A program made the position numbers and the translations under genes. This document shows, piece by piece, positions 47,438 to 56,708 of a stretch of DNA of 57,763 bases. How positions within the stretch are numbered: position 1 is the stretch's first letter; each line of letters begins with the position of its first letter. The stretch covers positions 1 to 57,763 of the IMG/VR virus record IMGVR_UViG_3300042346_000645, one strand, 5' to 3'. Under the pieces are notes generated by a model, which was not told where the DNA came from, did not search any database, and saw only the letters and a program-made list of their open reading frames with translations. Origin of the DNA: a virus. Taxonomy: Duplodnaviria; Caudoviricetes.

Positions 47438-47884
47438 TTATTTGCTTAAAAACAATTCTGCTTCAGCGTTGCGTCGTCGTGTAAGACCAGCAAGCGGTTT
47501 ACCCCCTGCTTTATCCCATCGTAAAAATTGCTTTGCAATCTCAGCTTTACTGTCACCGGCTTTGAGCATTTTAACAAGTGTTGAATTAGCTAAATTACGT
47601 GCGCCAATATTGTAAGTAAGCGATACCAGCGCATCAAATTCATTTTGAGTTAAATCAACCTTGATAGCATTTACTGCGTGTTCATATGACGCTAATGTTT
47701 TAGATAATAGTAGTAACGCGGCTTCTTCATTTGCTAAAGTCTGACCTCGTTTAACCGCGCTACCATCAGAATATCGCGTTGAGCCAATGCCAATAGTCCA
47801 AACACCAGCTGGGCATTGATACGCCTTGAGCTTGCAACCTTCAAATTCTTTAATTAATTTTAAACCGCGTTCGCCTGTTTTCAT
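47438..47884 (-). CDS. Endolysin, GH24 lysozyme
   Basis: LIKEFEG..AYQCPAGVWTIGIG, QNEFDALVS..YNIG, GLTRRRNAE. Confidence 0.95.
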   Translation of the reverse strand: MKTGERGLKLIKEFEGCKLKAYQCPAGVWTIGIGSTRYSDGSAVKRGQTLANEEAALLLLSKTLASYEHAVNAIKVDLTQNEFDALVSLTYNIGARNLANSTLVKMLKAGDSKAEIAKQFLRWDKAGGKPLAGLTRRRNAEAELFLSK

Positions 47885-48123
47885 TTTCGTGATCTCATAG
47901 AAAGTACCGTAATTAATTTTTGTGTAAGCCGTATCATGTCGTTATCGAGCAGGCGTATTTGGTCAATAAGCTCAATTAGCGCGTCTGTTGTTTCAGTAAG
48001 GATTGGCTTAACAATCGTTGTTACCCATATCCACACGAAATAGACGATATAACCCATGCTACTCGATGCAATGATTGGAAAACCGTATTGGTTGATATAT
48101 TTAGCTAATGCGTCAACATCCAT
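47881..48123 (-). CDS. Holin-like membrane protein
   Basis: YGFPII plus one TM and a coiled coil; adjacent to the lysozyme. Confidence 0.55.
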   Translation of the reverse strand: MDVDALAKYINQYGFPIIASSSMGYIVYFVWIWVTTIVKPILTETTDALIELIDQIRLLDNDMIRLTQKLITVLSMRSRK

Positions 48124-48401
48124 TAGTCAATTCTCTTTTCTTGGGGATTATTAAAACGCGCCACTTTTTCTTTCTCAATTGGCATATCAAGTGTTTCTGT
48201 CATCAATACATCTATTTTTACAATATCCTCTGACATAGCCGTGACACGTTTATCAAGTTGCTTGATGATACCAATAAGGCTTTTAATCTTTTCAAGTACG
48301 CTATCAAGCAGGAATTTGATGGTCAGAAATACAAAGTACATTCCCACGCAAGCAGCAGCAATGGGGAAACCAACATCCGTTGCAAACTGTAGGAATTCCA
48401 T
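48123..48401 (-). CDS. Holin-like membrane protein (related to the neighbouring gene)
   Basis: VGFPIAA plus one TM and a coiled coil. Confidence 0.55.
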   Translation of the reverse strand: MEFLQFATDVGFPIAAACVGMYFVFLTIKFLLDSVLEKIKSLIGIIKQLDKRVTAMSEDIVKIDVLMTETLDMPIEKEKVARFNNPQEKRID

Positions 48402-48613
48402 TATTTACTTGTCCACCAAGCAATAAACGAAAACAATGCGCCAATGGTGAAGACAATACCGCCAATAAACCCTTTATAGCGCGTTTGTTCGTTCTTCATT
48501 TCTTCAAGAGTTGCAATTATGGCGTCGAGTTTTTTACCCCTATCTTCAAATATTTCTTCAAGGTTTTCAATTCGTTGCTCTACTTTAGCAAGGCGGCAGG
48601 CTTCGTCAGGCAT
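48401..48613 (-). CDS. Coiled-coil plus C-terminal TM protein (XhlA-like)
   Basis: RLAKVEQRIE coiled coil; GFIGGIVFTIGALFSFIAWW. Confidence 0.55.
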   Translation of the reverse strand: MPDEACRLAKVEQRIENLEEIFEDRGKKLDAIIATLEEMKNEQTRYKGFIGGIVFTIGALFSFIAWWTSK

Positions 48614-48620
48614 TTTATTC

Positions 48621-48995
48621 TCACTTATCTATTTTATTTACTTTATCCCAATACCCTTCATTTTTAGCACTGGCCGATTCTGGGTCATGTTGCTCACCGT
48701 AAATATCTTCAATTACTTCACCATCCATATTACGCAAAGCATAAACACAGTAATAAACCGTACCATCTTCTACTGCTGTGATTTTGTGTTGGTGTTCTTT
48801 GCGAATAACAATAAATGTTGGCGCAGTAAATTCTTTAGGTTTATGACCTTCAATTTCAACACACACCTTACCAGATACTAATAAAGTCACATGGTCAAAT
48901 TTATGTTCATGCCCACCATGTGTTTCACCGGCAAGCTCTAGGACGTTCTGTTTAACCCAAATATTACCAAAGTACCCTAGTTCAGCAGTTTTCAT
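48621..48995 (-). CDS. Cupin-fold protein
   Basis: HEHKFDHVTLLVSG..FTAP..IRKEHQHKITA. Confidence 0.7.
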   Translation of the reverse strand: MKTAELGYFGNIWVKQNVLELAGETHGGHEHKFDHVTLLVSGKVCVEIEGHKPKEFTAPTFIVIRKEHQHKITAVEDGTVYYCVYALRNMDGEVIEDIYGEQHDPESASAKNEGYWDKVNKIDK

Positions 48996-49417
48996 GGTAA
49001 CTGCACCACTGGCGTAAATTCTTTCCAAGTTACAGTTGGTTCGTCCCAATAATAGCGTTTATCATCTTGTGGATAAGGCACAGGCGGTTGCCATGACATG
49101 GTGTCAATGTCACCTACCCATGATGGGTATGGTTTTCTAGCTTGATGCTCTACCTGTTTATCCGCATCAAACTCTACTTGCGATAACACTTTTAAAACAC
49201 CAGTTAGAGAAGTGTCTGCATCATCATCACACGTCCCATAAAGCAGTGGTGCTGTGCTGAGTGAACCATCAGGATTTGATGCAATGGGAAAGTCAGATTC
49301 GTTTTGAAAGATAAAATGAAAGCCCTTTACATTTGGTATTGCTGGACCTGTTCGCATTGGTGCTTCTGTGCAAAGAATGCCAGTTTGCGCATCAATGTTT
49401 GTAATTTGTATGTACAT
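48992..49417 (-). CDS. Tail-fibre-associated protein
   Basis: KPYPSW..WQPPVPYP..YYWDE..W motif. Confidence 0.6.
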   Translation of the reverse strand: MYIQITNIDAQTGILCTEAPMRTGPAIPNVKGFHFIFQNESDFPIASNPDGSLSTAPLLYGTCDDDADTSLTGVLKVLSQVEFDADKQVEHQARKPYPSWVGDIDTMSWQPPVPYPQDDKRYYWDEPTVTWKEFTPVVQLP

Positions 49418-49434
49418 GATTTTATCCTATTTTG

Positions 49435-50091
49435 TTATACGGGGATTCTTCGAACAGCTCTGACATAGTTGTTATTGGACTTACTATAGTTGGTCTGAAC
49501 CCCACTATAGAAGTATTGAACCCCTGCGTTGAAAGAATTGACCTCAGTAGAAGACCAATAGAAGTCAGAGGCAAATGCATCTGTTTCCCCAGTTCTAAAA
49601 CCAATACCCGCGATTGTTTGAGCGGGTGAACCACTTGTGTAGTCTGTGCTAATAGGCTCTGGTGATACCGCATTTGCGTTTGAACCCGAAGGCGAACCAA
49701 CATTGTTAGAATTTGTAGTCGGTTTTAAGAAATAATACAGCACTTCTAGCTCGTTTTTAGCAGGTAGATACCAATCGCTATAACCCCCTATTGTTAAGCC
49801 TTCGGCAAATACGGCAGCTTCATATGATGCGCCGAGCGCAGCTAATGACGCAGAGTTTGTTGGTCCATCAATGACAGACGTTATTCCCGTTGTCGTTCCA
49901 TAAACGCCCCATGTTCTAGCTGAGTTTTCACCCGATGCTTTAGGGGCAACAATTAAGTAATGTGTAGCTACACCATCTGCTGTAGTTGATATTTTACCCG
50001 CATAGAATCCACCACCGTATGCTTGCCCTATCGTTGTTGGAGGCGCAGGTTTATAAGTCCCACCAGTTAGCATTTGTTGAATCCCACTCAT
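49435..50091 (-). CDS. Receptor-binding/tail protein with a DUF1566 (C-type lectin-like) domain
   Basis: GGGFYAG, GYSDWYLPAKNEL, YWSSTE, YVRAVRR. Confidence 0.7.
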   Translation of the reverse strand: MSGIQQMLTGGTYKPAPPTTIGQAYGGGFYAGKISTTADGVATHYLIVAPKASGENSARTWGVYGTTTGITSVIDGPTNSASLAALGASYEAAVFAEGLTIGGYSDWYLPAKNELEVLYYFLKPTTNSNNVGSPSGSNANAVSPEPISTDYTSGSPAQTIAGIGFRTGETDAFASDFYWSSTEVNSFNAGVQYFYSGVQTNYSKSNNNYVRAVRRIPV

Positions 50092-51623
50092 TAGGTCAAC
50101 CCCGCACCTGAAATAATCCAAGTTGTCGATGTCATTTTAAGTGCTGTAGCTGTGCCGTATTGTGCAAGTGAGCGTGTGCCTGTTGTACCTGTACCAGCTA
50201 AATACATTGTGTCTGTTGTGATTGCGATACTGACGACTTGAGAAGTCATATTAACAAACGAAATTGCTGTGCCAATTGGATACGCTACTGAGCTATTTGC
50301 AGGGATAGTAAACGTCCGAGCATTAGCGTCAGTTGAAGGGTGGAAAATACACTTGCCAGAATCCGCTAACACGGCCGTGTAGGCCGCGCTTTGACTGTTG
50401 ATAGGTATATTCCTAAAACCAACTGCATCAGTTCCGTCTACCGTACAAGATGATAAATTACCGCTTGCTGGAGTGCCAAGCACGGGAGTTACAAGAGTGG
50501 GGGAGGTAGAAAACACTGCCGCACCACTTCCTGTTTCGTCAGTTAACGCTGCTTTTAAATTAGCACTGGTTGGTGTAGTTAAAAACGTATTAACATTTGT
50601 TCCAAATTGCCCAGCCGCAAACGTAATTGCACCCGTCATCGTGCCGCCAGACAGTGCTAAGTATCCAGCCGCAGGAATATATACCGCTGCCCATGCGCTA
50701 CCACTATAAACCCGCATTTCGCTACTTGTTGCATTCCAATAGAGCGCACCAGTAAGTAGCGCATTACCATCGTTATCAACGCTAGGATCGGATGCTTTTG
50801 CACCTAAATAACGATCATCAAACGAGTCATAACTAGCCGCTGCGGCTGTTGCACTACTTGCCGCATTACTAGCTGAAGTTGATGCGTTAGATGCCTGTGT
50901 AGTTGCCGTTGAAGCAGAAGTCGATGCGTTAGTTGCTTGAGTTGTTGCGATACCCGCTTGTGTTGTGGCAGTTGAAGCGCTACCCGATGCCGCTGTGGCA
51001 CTACTTGCCGCATTGGTAGCTGATGTTGATGCGTTAGTTGCTTGTGTACTCGCTGTTGATGCTGAATCTGATGCGTTAGTGGCAGAAGTTGATGCGCTCG
51101 ATGCTGATGTGCTTGCTGACGATGCACTGCTTGCGGCATTAGTTGCTTGAATAGATGCCGTCGATGCACTTGCCGCTGCGGCTGTTGCCGATACCCCTGC
51201 ATCGTGAGCGTAAATAGCTGAGTTTGGCGTTAAATGGAAAAATCCTGTTGCGGTACTGTAGCGAACCTCAATTATCCCTCCGGCGCTAATATCTCCTGCT
51301 TGAATTGGTTCACTATCAGTAAGTCTAATGGACTTTGCGCCAAGACTATTTAAATTGATAGTGGCACTGCCCGTATTATCATTGAGAGGTCTAAATACGA
51401 CTTGTAAACCGTCAGTATAGCTTGTTATAGAAGCGTCTAAGGCTACCACATAGCTGTTTACTGTACCTGTATCTACAGCAAAATTGACTGTACCACGTTG
51501 AAGTTTGGTTTCACTTGGAAGTAATCCAAATGCAATTGCAGTAGCCGCCTTAACAGCGTTAACGTCTGAGGATTTTGCTAGAGTAATCTGAGCAATATCA
51601 GCCGGTGGGGTAAAGGTACTCAT
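50091..51623 (-). CDS. Tail fibre protein
   Basis: NTGSATINLNSLGAK; long A/S/T stretch; FDDRYLGAK..DNDGNAL; TDETGSG..VFS. Confidence 0.8.
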   Translation of the reverse strand: MSTFTPPADIAQITLAKSSDVNAVKAATAIAFGLLPSETKLQRGTVNFAVDTGTVNSYVVALDASITSYTDGLQVVFRPLNDNTGSATINLNSLGAKSIRLTDSEPIQAGDISAGGIIEVRYSTATGFFHLTPNSAIYAHDAGVSATAAAASASTASIQATNAASSASSASTSASSASTSATNASDSASTASTQATNASTSATNAASSATAASGSASTATTQAGIATTQATNASTSASTATTQASNASTSASNAASSATAAAASYDSFDDRYLGAKASDPSVDNDGNALLTGALYWNATSSEMRVYSGSAWAAVYIPAAGYLALSGGTMTGAITFAAGQFGTNVNTFLTTPTSANLKAALTDETGSGAAVFSTSPTLVTPVLGTPASGNLSSCTVDGTDAVGFRNIPINSQSAAYTAVLADSGKCIFHPSTDANARTFTIPANSSVAYPIGTAISFVNMTSQVVSIAITTDTMYLAGTGTTGTRSLAQYGTATALKMTSTTWIISGAGLT

Positions 51624-51629
51624 CTTTTG

Positions 51630-51652
51630 TCCTTACGTCATCTCGACGTTAT
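51630..51652 (-). promoter_or_regulatory. Late-gene leader hairpin, identical to 5354-5376
   Basis: 23-bp identity; abuts the AAGGA RBS of the tail fibre gene. Confidence 0.6.
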
Positions 51653-51663
51653 GTGTAGCGCAA

Positions 51664-52548
51664 TTAGGTGTTATGGCGCATACAAATTATTAAACTAACC
51701 CGTGGTAAATCCGAATCATTTAACACCCAATGGTCAACAAGGTTATTAAAACTAAATATATCACCCACAGGAGTAATAACAGATTGTCCTTCGTAGTTAA
51801 AAGATTGTTTATCATTGGATTCTAAAGGGATTAAATATTTATCTTTATAGTATTCTGCGTGCCAGCTTCCGCTATCTTTATGCCGATAAACTTGTTTACC
51901 GGCAGGAATACGAGTAATTAAAATGCCACCAAATTCTGTTTTATGGATATCGTGTTTTTCACAAATAGCGCGGGTAATTTTAGTAATTTCAGATTTGAAT
52001 TTTGCATCGTCAATATACCAAACGCTTTCATGTTCATCATGAAATGCTAAAGGGTTCAATGGATTATAATTTTTAATATTATTATAGCGAACCCAGATAT
52101 CATCCACTTCTCTATGTGGCGATTTAGACGATTCAGTACGCTGGTTATATTTGTTCCAAAGTTGCGGATTAGCATCGATAAACGAATTGATTCTAATAAC
52201 ATCCACATGAATACCGGTATTGACCATATTGGGTTTGCCGATAAGCACGTCATCTATATTTTCTGCATCACAAGTGTCTGTAGCATGGATACATAGCCAA
52301 ACAACTCTACCGTTAACCGCTTGAACGCTATGCTCAATACCTGCTTTAATTTCAATAACAGCGGGTGCGTAATAGGTTTCTTGAGTATCGCCTTGCCAAA
52401 CTATAGCGCAACCTTCAACAAGAACGCTCATGTGGTCAAACGTATGAGCGTGTTGCTGTACTTCAAAGCCATCATCGATAATCACTTCTTTGGCATAGAC
52501 TCCGCCAATAAAATGATGTGCTTGTACGTTAAGTCCGGTGATACTCAT
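51664..52548 (-). CDS. Cupin fused to an Asp/Asn beta-hydroxylase-like 2OG-Fe(II) oxygenase
   Basis: HAHTFDH cupin; SPHRE.DDIWVRY, ILITRIP..V..HKD, FNN...HWV.N.S...RVSLIIC. Confidence 0.7.
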   Translation of the reverse strand: MSITGLNVQAHHFIGGVYAKEVIIDDGFEVQQHAHTFDHMSVLVEGCAIVWQGDTQETYYAPAVIEIKAGIEHSVQAVNGRVVWLCIHATDTCDAENIDDVLIGKPNMVNTGIHVDVIRINSFIDANPQLWNKYNQRTESSKSPHREVDDIWVRYNNIKNYNPLNPLAFHDEHESVWYIDDAKFKSEITKITRAICEKHDIHKTEFGGILITRIPAGKQVYRHKDSGSWHAEYYKDKYLIPLESNDKQSFNYEGQSVITPVGDIFSFNNLVDHWVLNDSDLPRVSLIICMRHNT

Positions 52549-53101
52549 AAATACCTTGTGATGAAATTACTGTTCCAATAAACCCACAAACTAGCTTACC
52601 TACATTCATCACTATTTTACCAACTAATCGTTTAAATGTACTGCGATTTTTTACAATGCCAAATTGCTCTGCCATTTCATATGCCCATGCTTGAACAATA
52701 TAGGCAAATAACGGGATATAGATCGCATTATTACGCAAGAATTCAGTTAGTGGTTTTGCCCACGCATGATAGCCGATAAGGACTTCTGGATAAGCGTCTG
52801 CAATCAAATGCCCAAATAAAGTGTCCGCATGGAATACATCATCTTCAAGATAGCCGTATTCGCGCATTAAAGTACACATCACACTCATACCGCCTCCTTC
52901 TGGAGCAGGTGGCTGAGGTGTTTTCCATGATGACATATCAGATTCTTTTACTTTTAAAAAAGAATCTGGATCAAAATTTATCATCCCCCTGCCACCAGTA
53001 GGGCGGCTTGCTAATTCCGTTTGATAGTTGTTTAAAACAGATTGCTCTGAATTTGATTTATTTAAAAATTGTCGCAATTGTTCAGCAGAACTTAATGGCA
53101 T
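52529..53101 (-). CDS. Hypothetical virion-module protein
   Basis: GGG..VMCT..D..FG..GYHAWA domain. Confidence 0.55.
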   Translation of the reverse strand: MPLSSAEQLRQFLNKSNSEQSVLNNYQTELASRPTGGRGMINFDPDSFLKVKESDMSSWKTPQPPAPEGGGMSVMCTLMREYGYLEDDVFHADTLFGHLIADAYPEVLIGYHAWAKPLTEFLRNNAIYIPLFAYIVQAWAYEMAEQFGIVKNRSTFKRLVGKIVMNVGKLVCGFIGTVISSQGIYEYHRT

Positions 53102-53113
53102 ATTAAATTTCCT

Positions 53114-56100
53114 TTACGTTGTACTTGTTAATAATTTTGTTGCTGCTTTAGCAGCGTCACTATTCATAAGTCCCGATGCAGTGTAAGCCGCTTCTACTTC
53201 CTTCTTTGTTCGATCATATACTCCCGCCGCATAAGAATTGATATTAGATGTTTTAGCTGAAGCAGATACATCGGCAGAGTTCATAGTGTCAGCAGTATAT
53301 TTGTTTATAGCATCAACCGCGGCTGCATATATTTTTCTAACATCGGCATCCAGTGTTTGGTCACCGGTTTGCTTGTTTAATATCATCTCTAAGTTAGTTT
53401 TATTCTTATCATTAGATTGAGTAAGTTGGGATTCTAAAATTTTATTAATTCTTTCTTCTTCGGCTTTGGCTTTATTAGCATCTTCAGTATATTTAGCAGC
53501 ATCTGCGGCTGTAACTCTATTAGCAGCAGCAGTATCTGCAGCGGCAAGTCTATCATCTTTAGCTTTTTGTACTGCCGCGTTAGCATCTACAAGAGCCTTA
53601 TCTGCAGCAGCTTGTTTAAGCCTTGCCCCCTCTTTTTCAGCCGCAGTGGCATTTACATTTGCCAAAGTGCTTGCTGTTTCCTTTGCTACATTGGCAGCAG
53701 CAGTAGCAGCAATAGTAGCTCTTTGATCTAATAGTGTAGCAGCTTCAGCCTCTGTTTTAGCTTTATTTGCCGCAGCTTCCTCATTGTATTTAGCAGCATC
53801 TGCGGCTGTAACTCTATCGGCAGCAGCTTTTTGTGCTGCCGCTTTAGCATCTACAAGAGCTTTATCTGCAGCAGCTTGTTTAAGCCTTGCGCCCTCTACT
53901 TCAGCCGCAGTGGCATTTACATCTGCTAAAACTCTTGCTGTTTCAGCATCTGCAGCAGCTTTATTTGCAGCAGCTTCCTCATTGTATTTAGCAGCATCTG
54001 CAGCGGTAATTCTATCGGCAGCAGCTTTTTGTACTGCCGCTTTAGCATCTACAACAGCTTTATCTGCAGCAGCTTGTTTAAGCCTTGCGCCCTCTACTTC
54101 AGCCGCAGTGGCATTTACATTTGCTAAAACTCTTGCTGTTTCAGCATCTACAACAGCTTTGTCTGCTGCCGCTTGTTTAAGCCTTGCGCCCTCTACTCCA
54201 GCCGCAGTGGCATTTACATCTGCCAAAGTTCTTGCTGTTTCGGCATCTACAACAGCTTTATTTGCTGCCGTAGCAGCATCAACCTTGGCTTTGGTATCTG
54301 CCGCTAATGCGTCCGTAATTGCTTTTTTCATGTTTAAAGCTACATTAATATTACCATTTACTAACGCAGTATTAAGTAGATTTGCATCTTTAGCGCCTTC
54401 TATTAACGCATCTAATTGTCCCTTAACCATCATTTGATAAGTATTGGATTGCGATAACGTATCTGCTTGCGCCATAGCCGACCATGTATCAAAAGCGTCT
54501 TTTTGTGCAGCATTTAATATGGCATTATTATCAGTTACAAGTTTATTTAATGCGGTGGCATTGAATGTATCTGCAGTTAATTTATTAGCTACATCGTAAT
54601 TACTAGCATCCAATGTCAATTTTGCTTGAGTTGTATTTAAAGTGACATTGTTCCCTGTATCTGAAATCAATCCTTTAGATTTTAAATCAAGACCAGTATT
54701 AATTAATGCGTTTTTAGCAGCGGCATTAAGCTCATTAGCTTTTGCAATAGTTGCTGCATCAGCTTGTGCAATAGGCAAGGCGTTTTTAATAGCAGCGTCT
54801 TGTGCAAATCCTGCGGCAGCACCAGTATTGAGCATTCCTCTGCGCGATGATTGAAGATTTGCCGCATTAACCGCTTGTTGGATATAAGGATTATTCTTTG
54901 AAAGAAGTCCCGATAATCTATTGCTAACAAGTGAATCTGGGGTTACGTTTACATCAACTGATTTAGCCGCATCTACTAATTTTGCAATATCGGCAGCAGA
55001 TTGAGTACCTGTTCTATCAACAATAGGGGCAGTAACTTTATCGGCTGTAATTTGATCTAAAGCTGAAGTAGCTACCGTACTATAATTTGGTGTCACCATG
55101 ATAGGTGAACCATCTGCATTATATTTTATATTTGTAGGAGCAGAATCAACCGCTGATTTTATCATATCCGATGAGATATCGGCAGTTTGAACTTTAGGCT
55201 TACCGTTTTCGTCTAAAGTTATTCCAACATCTGCTGCTGTTAATTTAGTGCCTGCTTGTGAATCAGTTAATGCTTTTAATGTATCAGATGTTAAGGCGCC
55301 AATTGACGCAATCGGGGTAGTTGGCAGTGCTTTTACAGCTCCTGTTGCCAATGCACCAGTTGGAGCAGTTGATAATGCACCAGTTGGAGAAGTTGATAAT
55401 GCACCAGTTGGAGCAGTTGATAATGCACCAGTTGAAGAAGTTGATAATGCACCAGTTGGAGAAGTTGATAATGCTTTTACATCACCTGTTGTTAATGCAC
55501 CAATAGAAGGTGTATTAATCTTATTTAGTTCAGCAGTTGCATCACTACTAATATTGCTATATATCGTATCCCATTTATTGGGGATAGTTGAATTTAACAT
55601 TCCAGTTGGAGCAGTTGATAATGCACCAGTCGGAGCAGTTGATAATGCACCAGTTTGAGCAGTTGATAATGCACCAGTTGAAGAAGTTGGTAATGCGCCA
55701 GTTGGAGAAGTTGATAATGCTTTTACATCACCTGTTGTTAATGCTCCAATAGAAGGTGTAGTAATCTTAGTTAGTTCAGCAGTTGCATCACTATCAATAC
55801 CGCTATATATCGCATCCCATTTATTGGGGATAGTTGAATTTAACATTCCAGTTGGAGCAGTTGATAATGCACCAGTTGGAGCAGTTGATAATGCACCAGT
55901 TGAAGAAGTTGGTAATGCACCAGTTGGAGCAGTTGCCAATGCACCAGTTGGAGCAGTTGATAATGCTTTTACAGCATCTGTTGTTAATGCTTTTACAGCA
56001 TCTGTTGTTAATGCTTTTACATCGCCAGTTGGTAATGCGCCAGTTGGAGCGGTATTAATATTGGTAATTTTTTCAGCTTTATCTGTATTAATATTGCTAT

Positions 56101-56704
56101 ATATCGTATCCCATTTATTTTTATAAGCTAAGTCATCTGCTTCTTTTTGTTTAACTTCAGCAGCACTAGCTGCAATATCTGCGTCTAACATAGCTTTAGC
56201 ATCAGCGTCAGCCTTAGTTTTCGCAGCCGCAGCCGCAGCTACCGCATCAGCATTAACTTTATCCGCCTCAGTTTTCGATTTATTATAATTAACATAATTC
56301 CGATTGGATGGCAAATCAGCTAATAATTTATTTCTTTCGGCAACAAAAGTTTTGTTTTTCTCATTTACGCCCCCAGATAAATTCCAATTAATATTAGGGT
56401 CTTTTGCTAATAAATCTGTTGCCCAATTTTTTACTTGCGTATCCGCAACAGTTTGAGGGATAGTGCCTGTTGCAAGACCATTATAAAATGTTGAATCAAA
56501 AATAGGTTTCCCATCAGGTGTTACAACCGATGCGTATTTGTCTGAATACTGTTTAGCTCTATATGCTACTGCGTCTGGGTGGGTACTGCTGCTATTAAAA
56601 TCATTCATCCAAGAGTCGTACATAGGTTTGTTAAACCCTGTATTCCAATAGGTAAATTGTGATTCTAGTGGTTTAGCCATATCTGTATATTTGGTAGTCG
56701 CCAT
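53114..56704 (-). CDS. Repeat-rich internal virion/ejection protein
   Basis: 1196 aa; STAPTGAL tandem repeats, Ala-rich repeats, SRRGMLNTG motif. Confidence 0.6.
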   Translation of the reverse strand: MATTKYTDMAKPLESQFTYWNTGFNKPMYDSWMNDFNSSSTHPDAVAYRAKQYSDKYASVVTPDGKPIFDSTFYNGLATGTIPQTVADTQVKNWATDLLAKDPNINWNLSGGVNEKNKTFVAERNKLLADLPSNRNYVNYNKSKTEADKVNADAVAAAAAAKTKADADAKAMLDADIAASAAEVKQKEADDLAYKNKWDTIYSNINTDKAEKITNINTAPTGALPTGDVKALTTDAVKALTTDAVKALSTAPTGALATAPTGALPTSSTGALSTAPTGALSTAPTGMLNSTIPNKWDAIYSGIDSDATAELTKITTPSIGALTTGDVKALSTSPTGALPTSSTGALSTAQTGALSTAPTGALSTAPTGMLNSTIPNKWDTIYSNISSDATAELNKINTPSIGALTTGDVKALSTSPTGALSTSSTGALSTAPTGALSTSPTGALSTAPTGALATGAVKALPTTPIASIGALTSDTLKALTDSQAGTKLTAADVGITLDENGKPKVQTADISSDMIKSAVDSAPTNIKYNADGSPIMVTPNYSTVATSALDQITADKVTAPIVDRTGTQSAADIAKLVDAAKSVDVNVTPDSLVSNRLSGLLSKNNPYIQQAVNAANLQSSRRGMLNTGAAAGFAQDAAIKNALPIAQADAATIAKANELNAAAKNALINTGLDLKSKGLISDTGNNVTLNTTQAKLTLDASNYDVANKLTADTFNATALNKLVTDNNAILNAAQKDAFDTWSAMAQADTLSQSNTYQMMVKGQLDALIEGAKDANLLNTALVNGNINVALNMKKAITDALAADTKAKVDAATAANKAVVDAETARTLADVNATAAGVEGARLKQAAADKAVVDAETARVLANVNATAAEVEGARLKQAAADKAVVDAKAAVQKAAADRITAADAAKYNEEAAANKAAADAETARVLADVNATAAEVEGARLKQAAADKALVDAKAAAQKAAADRVTAADAAKYNEEAAANKAKTEAEAATLLDQRATIAATAAANVAKETASTLANVNATAAEKEGARLKQAAADKALVDANAAVQKAKDDRLAAADTAAANRVTAADAAKYTEDANKAKAEEERINKILESQLTQSNDKNKTNLEMILNKQTGDQTLDADVRKIYAAAVDAINKYTADTMNSADVSASAKTSNINSYAAGVYDRTKKEVEAAYTASGLMNSDAAKAATKLLTSTT

Positions 56705-56708
56705 TTAT

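Noticed and set aside
49435-49570. Diversity-generating retroelement target in the DUF1566 protein
   Set aside because: The fold is DGR-compatible, but I found no template repeat and no RT.
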